DNA of 64,000 nucleotides from Ruditapes philippinarum (Eukaryota): NCBI RefSeq assembly GCF_026571515.1, contig NW_026852705.1, positions 62,001 to 126,000 of the forward strand, read 5' to 3'. Shown piece by piece: positions 49,562 to 63,893 of this stretch (position 1 is its first letter; each line of letters starts with the position of its first letter). The notes under the pieces were generated by a model. It saw only the letters and a program-made list of their open reading frames with translations, ran no database searches and was not told where the DNA came from. The position numbers and the translations under genes were made by a program.

Positions 49562-51298
49562 ATGTCCAAACGACATTGCACAATATCTTTCATAATGATG
49601 TCATTTATTAGAGCTTCGTCTCAATTTCTCGGCTTTGTAATATGGTATTATTTTGTCATTCAAAGGTATGAGAACGACTACGTATCCATTAAGGAAGACA
49701 TAAGAGACGTATGGACTAACATTAATAAATTGGAAACAGTATGCAGTGCAAAAGCAAAGAACGTCTCTCCGACAATCGCATCCAAACATGTTCACTATAA
49801 AAGCAGCATTAACGAACAACGATCATTTGATTTTCTTTCACGGATTCTTCAGGGACTGTTTGACGAGAAAGAATTTGTAAGAAAAAGTTTGCAAAACGTA
49901 ACTGAACTAATATCCGAAACACATAATACTTGTATGAACAAAATATCTGAGAAAATAAAATTGATGGATAATATTGAGTCACGGACTAGCCGCTGTGAAC
50001 TTGACATAAACGAGATGCAGAGAAAACACGATGTCGTCTTACAGACGGTAGAACGGATGAAGGCTAAAATGGAATCAGAAGTTACTGATCTACGACTTGT
50101 GATTAATCAAGCTTTGGAAGAGGTGATGCAAAACAGTTTAAATAAAGCAAGTAAGAAAACATTTCCATACCGTAATGTATTATTGATTTATGTTGAAATT
50201 GCATGCTGTTATACAATCAAGTTCAAGTGTACTTGTCTCTTAAGTTTGAACCCCGTTACTAGACGGAAGGAACTTTGGAAGCTTAATTTAAGGGAGCTAT
50301 CCAGCTAACATACGATAGGCCAGTGGTTTCTACTATTGTAATACTGGTGTCCAAAAATAATTAATTGAGGGCTTTTCAAGTACCCCAAACCATTGGAGAA
50401 ACCACCATATGACATTCACAGTATCGTTTTAACTAAAACAAAAGCATTGATAAATAAATAAACAAACAAATAAATAATAAATAAATTATGCTAACATATT
50501 AATTAAGTAATTAATTAACTTTACAAACGATGTATTGCAGTATTGAGTTTTTTAGAATAGAAGAAACGCCATGAAAATTATGTACACATATACTGAAATG
50601 TTTTAAATATTTCAGCATCATGTATGGATATGGTTAAAGCCGGTGTAACATCGAGTGGGGTTTACACGTTGCACTACAGGATGCAGCCATTTGTAGTGTA
50701 TTGTCTTATAAGTAAAGCCGGTGGATATACGTTCATATCACCGGATACATACATGAATGTCGACATCAAAACATTGTCTAACGACAACACCCATGTTGTT
50801 ATTCGTCATAGACGAACAAATGGGCTCCAGTATGAATCGCGTATCGAGCAAATTACAAGGTATATGTCTCGTCCACTGTCAGTGCAATATAATTCCCACG
50901 TAGGATATACCCGAGTTGTCAATGATAAGATGGGTCCATACATATATGTTGGTCTAAATCCCCTGAAGCTTGAAAATGGGCGGAGTCAGTTAAAGGACAG
51001 ACAGGGATACAAATCAAATGGAAAGGAATTTACTTTTGTCAATTGTGACGGGAATCCAAATGGATATTTCGCTTTCCTATTCAATCATAATAAAGCTTCT
51101 TCAGTAAGGACGGGTGAATCTTCGGCTATTTCTAGAAAATGGATCGAATCATCTACCAGAGTTACCGGCGAAATTTTACCAGACAAGTTTATGTCATTCT
51201 TTGAGCTGCATTTTGGCGGTTGTGGAGCGTTTGCTGGAACAAACCACATTAATGAAGTGACAGGAGCAGCGGTCGGAATCCCCTTTCACTTCATTTAG
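49562..51298 (+). CDS. Two-exon protein: N-terminal hydrophobic segment, coiled coil, C-terminal domain with fibrinogen-like lead-in
   Basis: Exon 49562-50150 (a|gtaag, phase 1) joins 50616-51298 (ttcag|ca) giving ..NKATSCMDMVKAGVTSSGVYTL..PFVVYC..GGYT. The start codon is uncertain. Confidence 0.8.
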
Positions 51299-51389
51299 AA
51301 AAAATCGTGAATCTAAATATATTTACTTTACCTTTGCTACAGTGGAAGGCCTGGTCGAGAAGTTAAGTGGGCTTAAACTCGTACAAAAT

Positions 51390-51930
51390 TGTGGCATGGT
51401 CTTCATTATTTTGTTCTTTGTCTATATAAAGTGTGAAAACACCATTTTTCTCTTACCAGCAGTTCAAACTCCATTTCAAATATGTGCTTCCGTTGCAGAT
51501 TAGAAATTGCATAAGTGTGGAAGTCCTTCTTTACAAGCTTTAGCCCGAGGAAAATGACCCCCAGATTTCTGCGTGGCATTGTCTTTATTTGGACCGACGA
51601 TTTGTTCTTTGTCTATATAAAGTGTAAAATGTTTTGTAAAAAACACCATTTTTGTTACCAACCGCTCAAAAGCCATTTACTTGATTGCGTTGCAGATTCG
51701 AAATTGCATTAGTTTGCATTATCTTCTTTAAAGTAATAATTATAAGGCACAAAGCTCTAGCCCAAGGAATATGGCCTCGACATTGCCGCGTAGCATGTTG
51801 TTTTTTTGTTTTTTTTTGTTGTTTTTTTTGTCTTTATATAAAGTGTAAACGATTTTGTAAAAAAACACTATTTTCTCTTGCAATTTGTTCAAGCACACGT
51901 TTTGCATGATTCTGTTGCGTATAAGCAAAG
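51390..51930. repeat. Three degenerate ~190-230 bp tandem units
   Basis: tttgtct.tataaagtgt recurs at ~51417, 51608, 51827, each followed by aaacac.attttt and gttgc. Confidence 0.7.
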
Positions 51931-52224
51931 AGCGCGGATTGCTTGGCTTTGCCGCGCCTGATATCAAATAAGATTTAGAAAAGTTAATTGGGATAGAACC
52001 CTGTCATAAGCTACAATTAGGAGTTGTATCCGACACAACGAATATCAAAGGTAAGCCCTGACCTGGGAGTCCTGCAACAGCCAAATCCAAAATTGATGAT
52101 AATTGTAGTTAAAATAGCTGTCGAGAAATGGCCGCTACACATGCAATGGAGAAGTCATTTATGAAGCATTAATTCGTCATCAGTTTTTGATAAACAGACA
52201 AACCTTTAAATTCTGCATCTATTT

Positions 52225-52840
52225 CTCAATGGGTACCAAAAGAGGAAGCGCATGCAAATAGCGTCAAAGCTTCTCAATATGTACAATGATGCTCACCAAA
52301 AGCACATGAAAGAAATTGTAACAGACAATGAAACATGGATTTATGAGTCAGAGGATAAAATAAACACTGTAGATCGAAATTGATGGAAGGTCAAAATAAT
52401 TGTATACCTCATACCATAAAACGCATCTTGAATGAGCTATTTCTTGATTTCCGGGGATATAGAAAGTAGCTAGCATGTCACCGTCTTCCTTTACCAAAGC
52501 AGTTGTTGAACACTTATTAAGAGCCCGTCCATATGCCTATGTCCGCGGAATGAAGCACGTCCATGACAACTCGCCTGTCCATGAATCAGCCGTGGTTCGT
52601 TCGTACTTCAGCGACAATTTAATTGAAACTTTACCATATTTGATACGGTTCTCATCTTGTTCTTTGTCATTTTTAGGCTGAACACATATATTAAAATCAT
52701 AATAAGAGATCGCCGCTTTGAATCTCGACCAAGTGCCTGAACACTTTACCAAATGAAGCCTTCCGCATTGCATTTTTCCGGGTGGATACCGCGTCTTGAA
52801 AATTACATCCGAGAAAAAGGGAGATACTTTGAAGGCTTGG
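52225..52840 (+). pseudogene. Decayed mariner-family transposase
   Basis: WVP (~52230), IVTDNETWIY (~52315; cf. IVTGDETW), HDNSPVH (~52562; cf. HDNAPAH), W..RLE..I..KGRYFEG (~52783-52835); stops and frameshifts in between. Confidence 0.78.
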
Positions 52841-55494
52841 ACGTACCATTACGTTAATATTTTTCACATGCTTTTCACGTAATACTTCTCTTTTCTTTTA
52901 CATATTTGTTTTATAACATTATGCTCATATTTTCATAGTCAAGTTGAGCTTAATATACATTTTATTTCAAAAGATTGACTGTTAAAATGGTGTAAATTAT
53001 AAATCTGCCTTAAATATAAAAAGACTGCCCCACTATTTTTATAACTGAACGGTACACGTAAATTCTAATGGATATTTACAGAAAATTCCTTATGATCCGT
53101 GTGTTATTTGTTGTTTTTTACGAAGTCAATTATTAAATCAAAAGGAATTATTGCAAAATGAAAACTTATTTATTTATTCACATGTTCACTCATTATATAC
53201 CCTTGGATGGGCATAATGTCACTTTAAGCTTTTCATTTTATTCAATATTAACTGAATGTTTTCATCAGTATTTGAAATAGACAATAAACATATAAATTAA
53301 ACAGAAATGAAGTTAAAGGTTAATTAAATTCAAAGAAATGCCATTACTTTTATTTCTCAAATGCTTTTTGTTTCCAAAAAGTTTCTCATTGGCCAAATAT
53401 CTGGTTCATCTTTTTTTCTTTTCTTTTTTTTTTTTGGTAATTAATACATTTATAACGATATAGTATTTTGTATAGAAGTCAAAATACTAATTTGTTTACA
53501 TTCTGCTACTTTTATAACAATTATTTTCCATTTAGCGCCACTTTCTTCAGATAAAAAACATATAATATGCTCTAAACGATTATTCAATCGTATAAAAATG
53601 CATGTATGTTTTCCAAAACAAGTTAAGATTTATTCGTTTCTGAGGCATACTGTACCTTTAAATTTTATTGTAGCGATAAAACATCACAATCTAAAACATG
53701 TGTACGTGAGATAAATAAATGTTATGTAACATAATGGAATATGTCCTTTTTCCAGTTTGAACTTTATCAAATTATGTCATTGAAGTATCATTAGCCACAG
53801 CTTAAATTTATATTCCAAATACTTCTCTATCTTAGGTACAGTACAATGTGCTACATTGACCTACCTACCACCAGGTTAATATCTAGTAACCTATAGAGCA
53901 AGTGCGAGTCAATCCGGACATTGGGGGAACCCGGACAGAGAATAGCTAATCCTACATAACTAAATGATTTTTCTTTAGATAAAGTTGGTTGGTTGTCTTA
54001 TTTATTGACTTATTTTGTCTCTGATCAAATACAAACAGATCGTGTATTGTAACATACCGGATATGACGTAACAACAAATGTTAGATAGTGATTTTTTCAT
54101 GGCTGTAACAAGTACCATATTGTTAACTTATTTAAAATGTTTAAAGAATTATACCAAAACATTTTCAAAAGCACTGATAATTTTACGGAAAAAATCAGGA
54201 CAAAAATAAAAAAGGTCCGAATTATACCATCATTTTGTGATTGAAGAAAAAAAACGAAAAAGCAAAAATTCCATTTGAATCTACTTATAATCTTTTAGAA
54301 ATAAGACAATTAGAAATTTCATAATGTTTCATGAACAAGTTTTAGACGACATAAATAGACGAGAAAGGAGTAGTTCGGACTCACTGTTTATAAAAAATTT
54401 TATAAGACTGCATAAACTGGATGATATATAAACCTCTTTATTTTAATTATTATTTTAGGCTTTTCTAACGAAACGTTAAGATTTTTACTAATAAATTGGC
54501 AGGATTACTGATATGCTTATTTCTTTTCACCTGATTATTTTGGCTTCTCAATCAATTTCCTTTAATGTGCAATATTTTTGTCAAAGTCAACTTGTCAAAA
54601 AGCGTCCGGATTTACCGTGCGACCTCTTTAAAAAAGTATTTGCAATTAAGATGTTCTTAATGAACAAGTTGTTGCTTACAGCAAAGATCAAATTGTCGGA
54701 TAACGCTGTTACATCTGTATGTGAATCTGCTTTTAGGTTTCCTGTATGTAAAGATAACATGTAAGATAAAGACAACGGAAATATTATTACGATAGAAATA
54801 AACTTACTGCTTTTATGGTGATAAATTAAAGAATCTATATCACAATAGAGTGTACACAAAAAAAAATACGGTGTTCCATTAGACGATTTTGACTCTGTGT
54901 TTTACTCTAACCCGTGACCCACGGTTTTTGTATCGTACAACACGATGATGAAAACATATTGGCACGATTGTGAATTTGCGATAGTACGAGGGCGAAACGT
55001 GATGCATCATCGAACCATCCAGATTTTATGCCGTACTTTTGCGGTTTCACTATCGTATAATTGCAACCTTCGCTTTTTACCATCGTTCATCGTTCTTTCG
55101 CGAATTCATAATCGGACCGTCGCATTTTCAGCCGTGCTATCGCGATTTCGTTATCATAGTTTACAATTGTGCCATTGCGTGATTTCCATCGGACCATTGC
55201 ATTTAGTGCAACGTGGGTAAGCCTAAAATCACAAATTGTCACAATTGTCATAATTGTCTTAACAGAATACATTTAAAGTTATTATTCAATCGCGATTAAT
55301 AATAATAATATTTAAATTTATCAACGGTTTCAGTGTTTCAGATCGCACATGTATTTTTTATTTTGAAAAATACATTAATATTCCAAGGCACCAAGTAAAC
55401 CTGTTTGCATAACTATATTAAGGATAGTATAGATAACGATATGCAAACCTACTGCGATTGTCTTTTAGATAGAACAGCGTGAGTAGTATAAGGT

Positions 55495-56599
55495 ATGACA
55501 TATAACGTCTTATTGGAAGATCTGATTAACGACCTAGGAGGATGCGGACTGTATCAGTGGATATTGGCAAGTATTGTGCACGTTGGCAAAACTATGGCGA
55601 CGTGGAGCATGATAACTATGACGTTTGCAGGTCAGAGTCCGGGATTCTTGTGTGGTAGTGGTCAATATGAAACCAATGAGTCACTGGCTAACATATATAA
55701 TGATAGTATAGTTGACGTATGTAGCAGTAATGGAAGCAGCTGTACGAATTATGTGTTCGAAGATGATATGACGACGATTGTTACAGAGGTATGACTTTCG
55801 TTTTTAGCTCGACTTTTTTTTTTTTTGAAAAAAAAAGTAGAGGTATTGTTATAGTCGGGTCGGCGTTGCCGTTGCCGTTGCCGTTCGCGTCCGCAAACTT
55901 GTACCTGGTTCATAACTTTTTTATTTCTTGGTGTATTGTCTTCATACTTGGCCACAACAACCCTTGGGACAAGACCTTTCAGTAGACCACACTAACCTTG
56001 ACCTTCATCCATAAATGACCTTGACCTTCAAGGTTAAAAGTCCAATTTTTGCTTGTTCATGCTGTTATTGGCTGTAACTTTGTTATTTTTGAATGGATTG
56101 TCTTCAAATTTGAACATAATAATCTTCAAAGATATCCCTTAAAAATAACCAGCCAGACCTTGACCTTCACTCATAAATGACCTTGACTTTGAAGGACAAA
56201 TTATTGAAATTTTCATTTTTTTGGCTATTATTGGCTGTAACTTTGTTATTTTTGAATGGATTGTCTTGAAACTTGAACATAATAATCTTCAAGGATAACT
56301 CTTAAAAATATTCCGAAAGACCTTGACCTTCACTCATTAATGACATTGTCTTTGAAGGTCAAATTATTGAAATTTTCATTGTTTTGGCTGTAACTGACTG
56401 TAACTTTGCTATTATTGAAGGGTTCCACTTCATATTATAACAGAACATTGTTGTTTATCAAACCCAAATTTGCTTGGGCTCTTTAATGACCTTGACCTTG
56501 AAGGTTAAATTACTGAATTTTCTCAGATTTGTGCATTAAATGACCATAATTATATATTTATTGGTGTGTGTGTGTGTATATTTATATTTATACATATCT

Positions 56600-56633
<34 letters not shown>

Positions 56634-59600
56634 ACAACAACAACAACAACGTATATTGCATGTTTCTATTTTTAGAATTGCGTGTTTCTATTTATAGATT
56701 TGCGTGTTTCTATTTATAGAATTGCATGTTACTATTAAAAGAATTGCTTGTTACTATTTATAGAAATTGCGTGTTTCTATTTTTAGAATTGCGTGATTCT
56801 ATTTATAGAATTGCGTGATTCTATTTATAGAATTGAGTGTTTCTATTTTTTGAATTGCGTGTATCTATTTTTAGAATTGTGTGTTTCTATTTATAGAATT
56901 GCGTGTTACTATTTATAGAATTGCGTGTTACTATTCATAGAAATTGCATGTTTCTGTTTTTAGAATTGCGTGTTTCTATTTTTAGAATTTTGTGTTTCTA
57001 TTTTTAGAATTTAGTCTTTCTATTTATTGAATTGTGTGTTTCTATTTTTATAATTGCATGTTACTATTTTTAGAAATTGCGTGTTACTCTTTTTATAATT
57101 GCGTGTTTCTATTTTTAAAAATTGCGTGTTACTATTTATAGAAATTGCGTGTTTCTATTTTTAGAATTGCGTGTTTCTATTTTTAGAATTGTGTGTTTCT
57201 TATTATAGAATTGTGTGTTACTATTTATAGAAATGTGTGTTACTATTTTAGAATTGCGTGTTACTATTTATAGAATTGCGTGTTACTATTTTTAGAATTG
57301 CGTGTTTCTATTTTTAGAATTGTGTGTTTCTATTTTTATAATTGCATGTTACTATTTTTAGAAATTGCGTGTTACTATTTTTATAATTGCGTGTTTCTAT
57401 TTTTAAAAATTGCGTGTTACTATTTATAGAAATTGCGTGTTTCTATTTTTAGAATTTTGTGTTTCTATTTTTATAATTGCATGTTACTATTTTTAGAAAT
57501 TGCGTGTTTCTATTTTTATAATTGCATGTTACTATTTTTAGAAATTGCGTGTTTCTATTTTTAGAATTGCGTGTTTCTATTTTTAGAATTGCGTGTTTCT
57601 ATTTATAGAATTGCGTATTACTATTTTTAGAATTGCGTGTTTCTATTTTTTGAAATTGCGTGTTACTATTTTAGAAATTGCGTGTTTCTATTTTTAGAAT
57701 TGCGTGTTACTATTTTTAGAATTGCGTGTTTCTATTTATTGAATTGCGTGTTTTTATTTATAGAATTGCGTGTTTCTATTTTTAGAATTGCGTGTTACTA
57801 TTCATAGAATTGCATGTTACTATTTATAGAAATGCGTGTTACTATTTTTAGAATTGCGTGTTTCTATTATTAGAATTGCGTGTTCTATTTATAGAATTGC
57901 GTGTTTTATTTTTAGAATTGCGTGTTTCTATTATTAGAATTGCGTGTTATTATTCATAGAATTGCATGTTGCTTTTTATAGAATTGCTTGTTACTATTTA
58001 TAGAATTGCGTGTTTCTATTTATAGAATTAAATGTTTCTATTTTTAGAATTTAGTCTTTCTATTTATTGAATTGCATGTTTTTATTGATAGAATTGCGTG
58101 TTTCTATTTATAGAATTGAGTGTTTCTATTCATATATATATATAAATAGATAAATTATAAAAAAGGAAACGTTTAGATATGTTCAAACCTTTCTATGTTT
58201 GCGTTTAGAAAAAGTAAAAAGTCGATCGTTGCCCCCGCCCGGCGGTGGCTCTTGTTTATTTAATGCTTATCCTGTTGGACCCCAACATGATTAGCCTCTG
58301 TCACCAGTATAGGGCCAGTGCAGTCTGATCATTGCAGTGACCAACGTTGATATACAGTAACAACAATGAAAGCTTGACAAACTTAGTTTATTTCTCCATG
58401 TAATCGTTTTGTTGTTGTTTTTTACAAAGCTGACATATATGAGATAAATGTACCTTTAAGGTCTATTTTTAATAAATGAATTAACAAGAATAATAATAGT
58501 AGCGAGAGATACTAATTACTAGGAGCGCATTTATCATAACTTTATATCTATTTACAGTCAAGTAATGTGATTCTTTAGAGAAAAAGCATTTAATCAAATT
58601 CTAATTCAAGCAAAAAACTAAAATACAAAAAATAAAAGTAAAAAAAATAAAACTACCGATGTCCACATATTTGTGCCTACATGTATGCAATATAGAACCT
58701 TACTACATCATCGTGCACCTGCAAAATGCTCCCTATCGAACTTCTTTTTAAAATGAACTCGAAGGTAAAATATGTTTTATCCTAAAAAAATCGTTAGAAT
58801 ATCAAACCATAAAGTAGCGCACCAATGATTGTCTTTAGTACTTGATATACTTTTAAAAGACGTTTAAAGTTTTACAGACTAATTTAGTCCTGAAAACGGA
58901 ATAAAGTTTTTTTTTCCAAAATGCTCACACTTGGACCCTCAAACAAAATGTATCCCATTTTCAGGCTTAAATCAGACAGTAACACCAATTGTAGTGCGCT
59001 ACATTCATTTTTGATATTCTAACGATTTATTAGAATAAAAAAAAACATTTAATCTTCGAGTCAACAAAAAAAACAGTCCGATTGGGAGCATTTTGCAGGT
59101 GCTCGACGTAGTGTCCTACCATTGATATTCTAGAATGTAAAAAGAAAAATAAGATAACGAGACAATAAAATTCAATAAAATTCGATAAATTTATTTGGCT
59201 TATTATGAAGTTCTGTACATGTATATTTGATATACTTAGTTTGATCTCGTCTGTGACAAGAAATGGATCCCAGCAACAATCACAACTATACAGATGGCTG
59301 GAGTACTTCTTGGATGCTTAGTTTCAGGACATCTGGCTGATATGATTGGCAGGAAACCGACATATTTCATTGCTATTTTGGTTACTGTTGTGTTCAATAT
59401 AGCTGGTTATTTCTCACCTTCGTGGCAAGTTTACTCTGCCTTGAGATTTCTCATTGGTATAGGCATCGGTTTCTATCTTACTGTACAATACAGTTTTACT
59501 AATGAGTTTGCTTCTGCCAAATGGCGGCCACCAATAGTGACTACACCATCCTGGGCCACTGAAGCCAGTCTTTTTGCCTTGGTAGCGTGGGGATTACATG

Positions 59601-62600
59601 ATTGGAAAAAGATTCATCTGGCTATTGCTTGTGTTGGCACTCCCTTCTTATTTACATGGTGGTAAGTATCGGATTTTTTTTCTTTCATTTCCCATCTTTT
59701 AACGAATAAACAAAATGAAACAAATTTTACTGTTTACGTTTTACAACTTGGCTAATTCATAAAGACGAAATATTTTCTATGAACATGGTAAATTACTAAC
59801 TTAATTAATAATCGTCTAAAATTGCATCTTTTGTCAATATAAATAGTAAAAAATGATAGAATTTAATAACTAGACAATGTGAATATGTAAAACCGATGCA
59901 GGCAGCTCACGATGAATCGATCGTCGTTCAGTCGAGAAAGCAACACTTTTCGCACAAGGATATTCCTCAACCAACTTAAATAATTTGAATTTGTTTATGT
60001 TCTTAAACAATGTATATGTGGCATAAAGCAATAGATAGACGCTAAAAAAAGAAGAAGAAAAAAACATTATACGATTTCTGAAGCTAAACACGAAGAGCAG
60101 ATCTACCAACTGTTCCTGTTGTAGTTAAAAACGTTTTATTTTTGTTGTTATTTTTCTTATTACCGTCTCATTGACAAAGTCGTTATCCTTCTTTTTTGAT
60201 TGGTTTATCAAAAAAGAAGCGACACTCCAAGTAGAAGCGATATTTAAATGAATACATTGATACATAAATACGCTGTTTTTAACAGTTCAGGGGGAAAAGA
60301 CAGTAAGAAAATATCAAATTTAAGTCAAAACGTAGGTCAAATACTTAACAAGAAAATAGAAGTGTCCGTGAATACTGAAGAAAACCACATAGTTTGAAAC
60401 AAATAAAAGTTATGGTTCCTTAATCTATATAGTTCTTTATTGCAAAAAATGCGCCTTATAATAAGGTAAATGAGACCTCTGGCCAGGATTCGACCCGAAA
60501 CCCTCGGAATACCCTTCCGCAACTCTACCGGCTAAGTTACCTGTCAACTGACACACTTAATTATTGATAAGTAATATTATACCGTGACACATAACTGAAT
60601 TATCTGAGATTTTTTGTGATATATTTCAAAGTGGGGAAATGTAAAAAATAATTTTTAAAAAAGCATAAAATGTGATGCTGATCATTATATTTATTCAGGA
60701 TAATGCCAGAAAGCTTCCGCTGGTTGGTTACAAAACAACGGTTCAAAAAAGCACAGACTGTTGTCAATTTTATTGCGAAAGTCAACAAGGCAGATCAGCC
60801 ATCACTTGATAAAATATTTGCTGAGGCGAAAATAAATACCGATAAAGACGATACAAGAAAACATTACTCCTTTCTGGATTTATTCCGGACAAGAGAGAGT
60901 ACAAAGATCACAATTGGTTTACTGTTTGCATGGTAACATTTTAAATGTACTTTACAAAATGGTTGTTTAAGTTTATCAAAAAAATTTATTATATTAAACT
61001 ACTACAACTTCGAATTTTTAAGATTAAACATTAAACAAGTTAAAATATTACTCAGCAATATAAAATTGTAATCAGAAAAGAAATAAAAAATCTCTCATAT
61101 ACCCATATATATTCCACGACCTATATAAACATCAATATTATAAGTCCTTTTTATGCTTTCATGTACCACAAATAATATGCTACAACTTTTTTTCTCTTTT
61201 TTGTTGTTCACGTGTTTGATACAGTAAAGATTCAACTATAGCTAAAATAAAATAATGTTTTGTTTTACAGGTTTGCAGCTAGCTATGGATATTATGGTAT
61301 AACGTTTGGTGTGAAAAGTTTGTCTGGTGATTTATATATGAATATGTTTCTTATAAACGTTGTCGAGACACCTGTTATGGTTCTTACGGCATTTCTAGTG
61401 AACTGGTAATAAGCATATAAATTTTAAAACATCCATTTTGTCATATTAGGGTAAAGCTTTGGAGAGGTAATGTACAGTCCTCGTACAAAGATTTTCTTAC
61501 AGTTGCGACCTTACTCGTCAAGAATGTCCGGTAAGGTTACACTGAATGCTTTTATATCGTTATCAATGGTCACAAGAAAACATTTCGTACTTTGATGGTC
61601 TAAAGCACATGATATGATTCTGAATTTTCGAATGTAACACTTGTTTTATAATATCATAATGTCCAGATTAACCAATTTCACGAGGAAAACGGAATAATTG
61701 ATGTTCAAATAAAATAAAGTCGGGAAGGAGAATCTACGAATATGATGAAAAGTATGATGAAATTGGTAAAGAATAAAATTCATTTAACAAGTATCAGTCT
61801 ATTTGAACGTACAATCAGCTTTACAACCATATGGATCGCGGAGCTATATGTACAAAAAAGCAGACCAGCTGGACAAGTCACGCAACATGTCAAATATGAT
61901 AGTGATTATCTTCAATAAAAGCAAAGTCGTTCAACATAAATATAAAATAAACATAACTTTTTCTTTCTTTCTTTTCATTGTATATAACAAAATAATTTTG
62001 TTAGTTTTTTACCTAGTTGTAGTTGGCTTGTTTGTCGGAAGACTAATATATAAAAATAATAACGATAGAAGAATAAATGAAATGTCATTGAAGGTGAGTA
62101 TTTGTAATCATGAGTTGATCTGTATCTAGCAAAATTATGCCAATATTGCTTGAAGGATTAAGTTTTATTTCTCATTTCAAAGGTTTGGCAGAAAAAAGGT
62201 GTGTTTTACATTTTACATTCTGGCTGGTGTGTCCGGTATTAGTGTCGGTGTAATACAGCACTTTGGTAAGATAAATTAATACCCTTCATGCAATGATAAA
62301 CCATAAATCAGTAATATAGATTTCTAATTACGAGGGCTTTATTCAAATTTATCAAAGCCTCTGAAATAGATACGCACATAAGGATGAAATAAGATAATTT
62401 TCCTTCCAGTACTCACCTTTGGCATCTTTAATTGGAGTTTTTCTTACCTATTTTTTTTTAGTTTTAGCAAGGCATCATTGAAATGCACTATTATTTGAAC
62501 AATAGTAGACGACTTATCAGCCTATGTAAAGGGAATGGTCGGCCTTCCTTATAATTTGTATTCAAATTTGGAAGAATACTATAATTTATTGAATAAGTTA

Positions 62601-63893
62601 AAAACAAGACAGCGCTGTGACCTGCTTTTCTTTGAGTTTCAATGTGAAGTGTTATTTAATGTTTATAATACCGAAACAAATAAATCTTTATAATAGATTT
62701 TGCTTGTGTTGTTTCTGTATTGATATAATTTTGTTGTTTTCAGGGACATATTGATATATAAAACTTGTTTCTTGTGTTCACTTCAGCATTACCAGTAAAT
62801 GGAACTCTCACAAATGTTATTGCACTTTTGTCAAAGTTGAGCGTTGCAAGTGGTTGGCAAGCTATGATAGTATATACAACGGAGATATATCCCACTGTTG
62901 TAAGGTCAGTACATGTTTATATCCCACTGTTGTAAGGTCAGTACTTGTTTTATGCTTACATTATAGTTCAAATAGACTCAAATAAATAAATAATAAACCA
63001 CTTTGATATAGATTAAAAATGAGAAACATATTATTCCCATTAAGCACATCACGGAGGTTAATTCTGTGCAAAGAAGCAGTCCAGACTGCAATTCAAGTCA
63101 AAATCCTACAAGAAAAAAGTACATTGCTAATTAGAGAATACCGAAATAAATGCGTTGAAAAGTGTGATGGACAAGTACAACTTTGACGCAACAAATTCGC
63201 TTTGAATGTTCGGTATTGAATACATGTAAGTTATTTATGCACAGATGTTTTTAGATGAATAAAAGTATATGTATTTATTTTTATTTCTATCAGGACAATA
63301 GCATATGGAGTACATAGCACAGCTGCTCGTGTTGGTGGAATGGTCGCACCACAAATTGTTTTCCTTGTAAGTCAATGAACAGGTATTTTATACATACAGT
63401 AAATGTGCTCACTCTCTTCGATTTCTTTGTTTTCATTGAAAGCCTTCATGGCTTTGTTAACTTTACCACATTGAATTTGTTTGTTTCATTATTTAGTACT
63501 TTTTTATTCTCATTTCTGTCACCTTTTTATGACCATGTTTCTCCTATGACGTTATAATTTCTTTAAATAGATATCCGGATTCTTTTAAAGCGTATGTATT
63601 TATCCGAATTTGATCATTGATACACCTTGGGTTTTAGATACTTTTAAAACTTTATTATCTTTAGAACACTGATATTTTTAAGAATCGCTATTTCTATATT
63701 TAAGGACGATGATATACCGGGGATTTTATATTTTCTGAGTGGTGTTTTAATGATGATCTCGGCTGTAGTCATGATGTTGTATAGGGAAACTAAAGATGCT
63801 GTGTTAGAAGATATGCTCAATGTTGAAGTTAAGATAGAGGACAATCTGGAGAAAAACAAAGATGTTCAATTAAGCTCTTCCACTAATCTGTGA
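55495..63893 (+). CDS. SLC22-family organic cation/anion transporter (MFS), 8 exons
   Basis: Exons 55495-55788, 59240-59661, 60699-60932, 61271-61405, 62183-62265, 62787-62904, 63294-63366, 63705-63893 splice in frame. Motifs LGGCGLYQ, TIVTEFDLVC, LADMIGRK, PESFRWL, FGRK, TEIYPTVVR, ARVGGMVAP, ETK. Confidence 0.95.
56599..56650. repeat. (ATC)n(AAC)n compound microsatellite
   Basis: Directly visible. Confidence 0.95.
56655..58132. repeat. ~21-22 bp minisatellite agaattgcgtgtt[ta]ctattt[ta]t
   Basis: Directly visible tandem array. Confidence 0.98.
58701..59113. mobile_element. Foldback MITE
   Basis: gcacctgcaaaatgctccc / gggagcattttgcaggtgc and aatcgttagaatatcaaa / tttgatattctaacgatt inverted pairs. 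Confidence 0.75.
60460..60590 (-). mobile_element. Degenerate tRNA-like SINE head
   Basis: Minus-strand gggtcgaatcctggccagaggt resembles a B-box/T-arm. Confidence 0.4.

Larger units (their letters stand above)
55801..58256 (+). mobile_element. HINE-like element carrying microsatellite and satellite arrays in SLC22 intron 1
   Basis: 5' tttttagctcgactttt, (gttgcc)n, ~160-bp gaccttgacctt repeats, 3' subterminal IR aaaagtcg 58217-24, GC hairpin and cttgtt end. Confidence 0.8.

Noticed and set aside
50151-50308. C-terminal part of the 248-aa ORF
   Set aside because: Read-through past a gtaag donor into an intron containing a SINE fragment.
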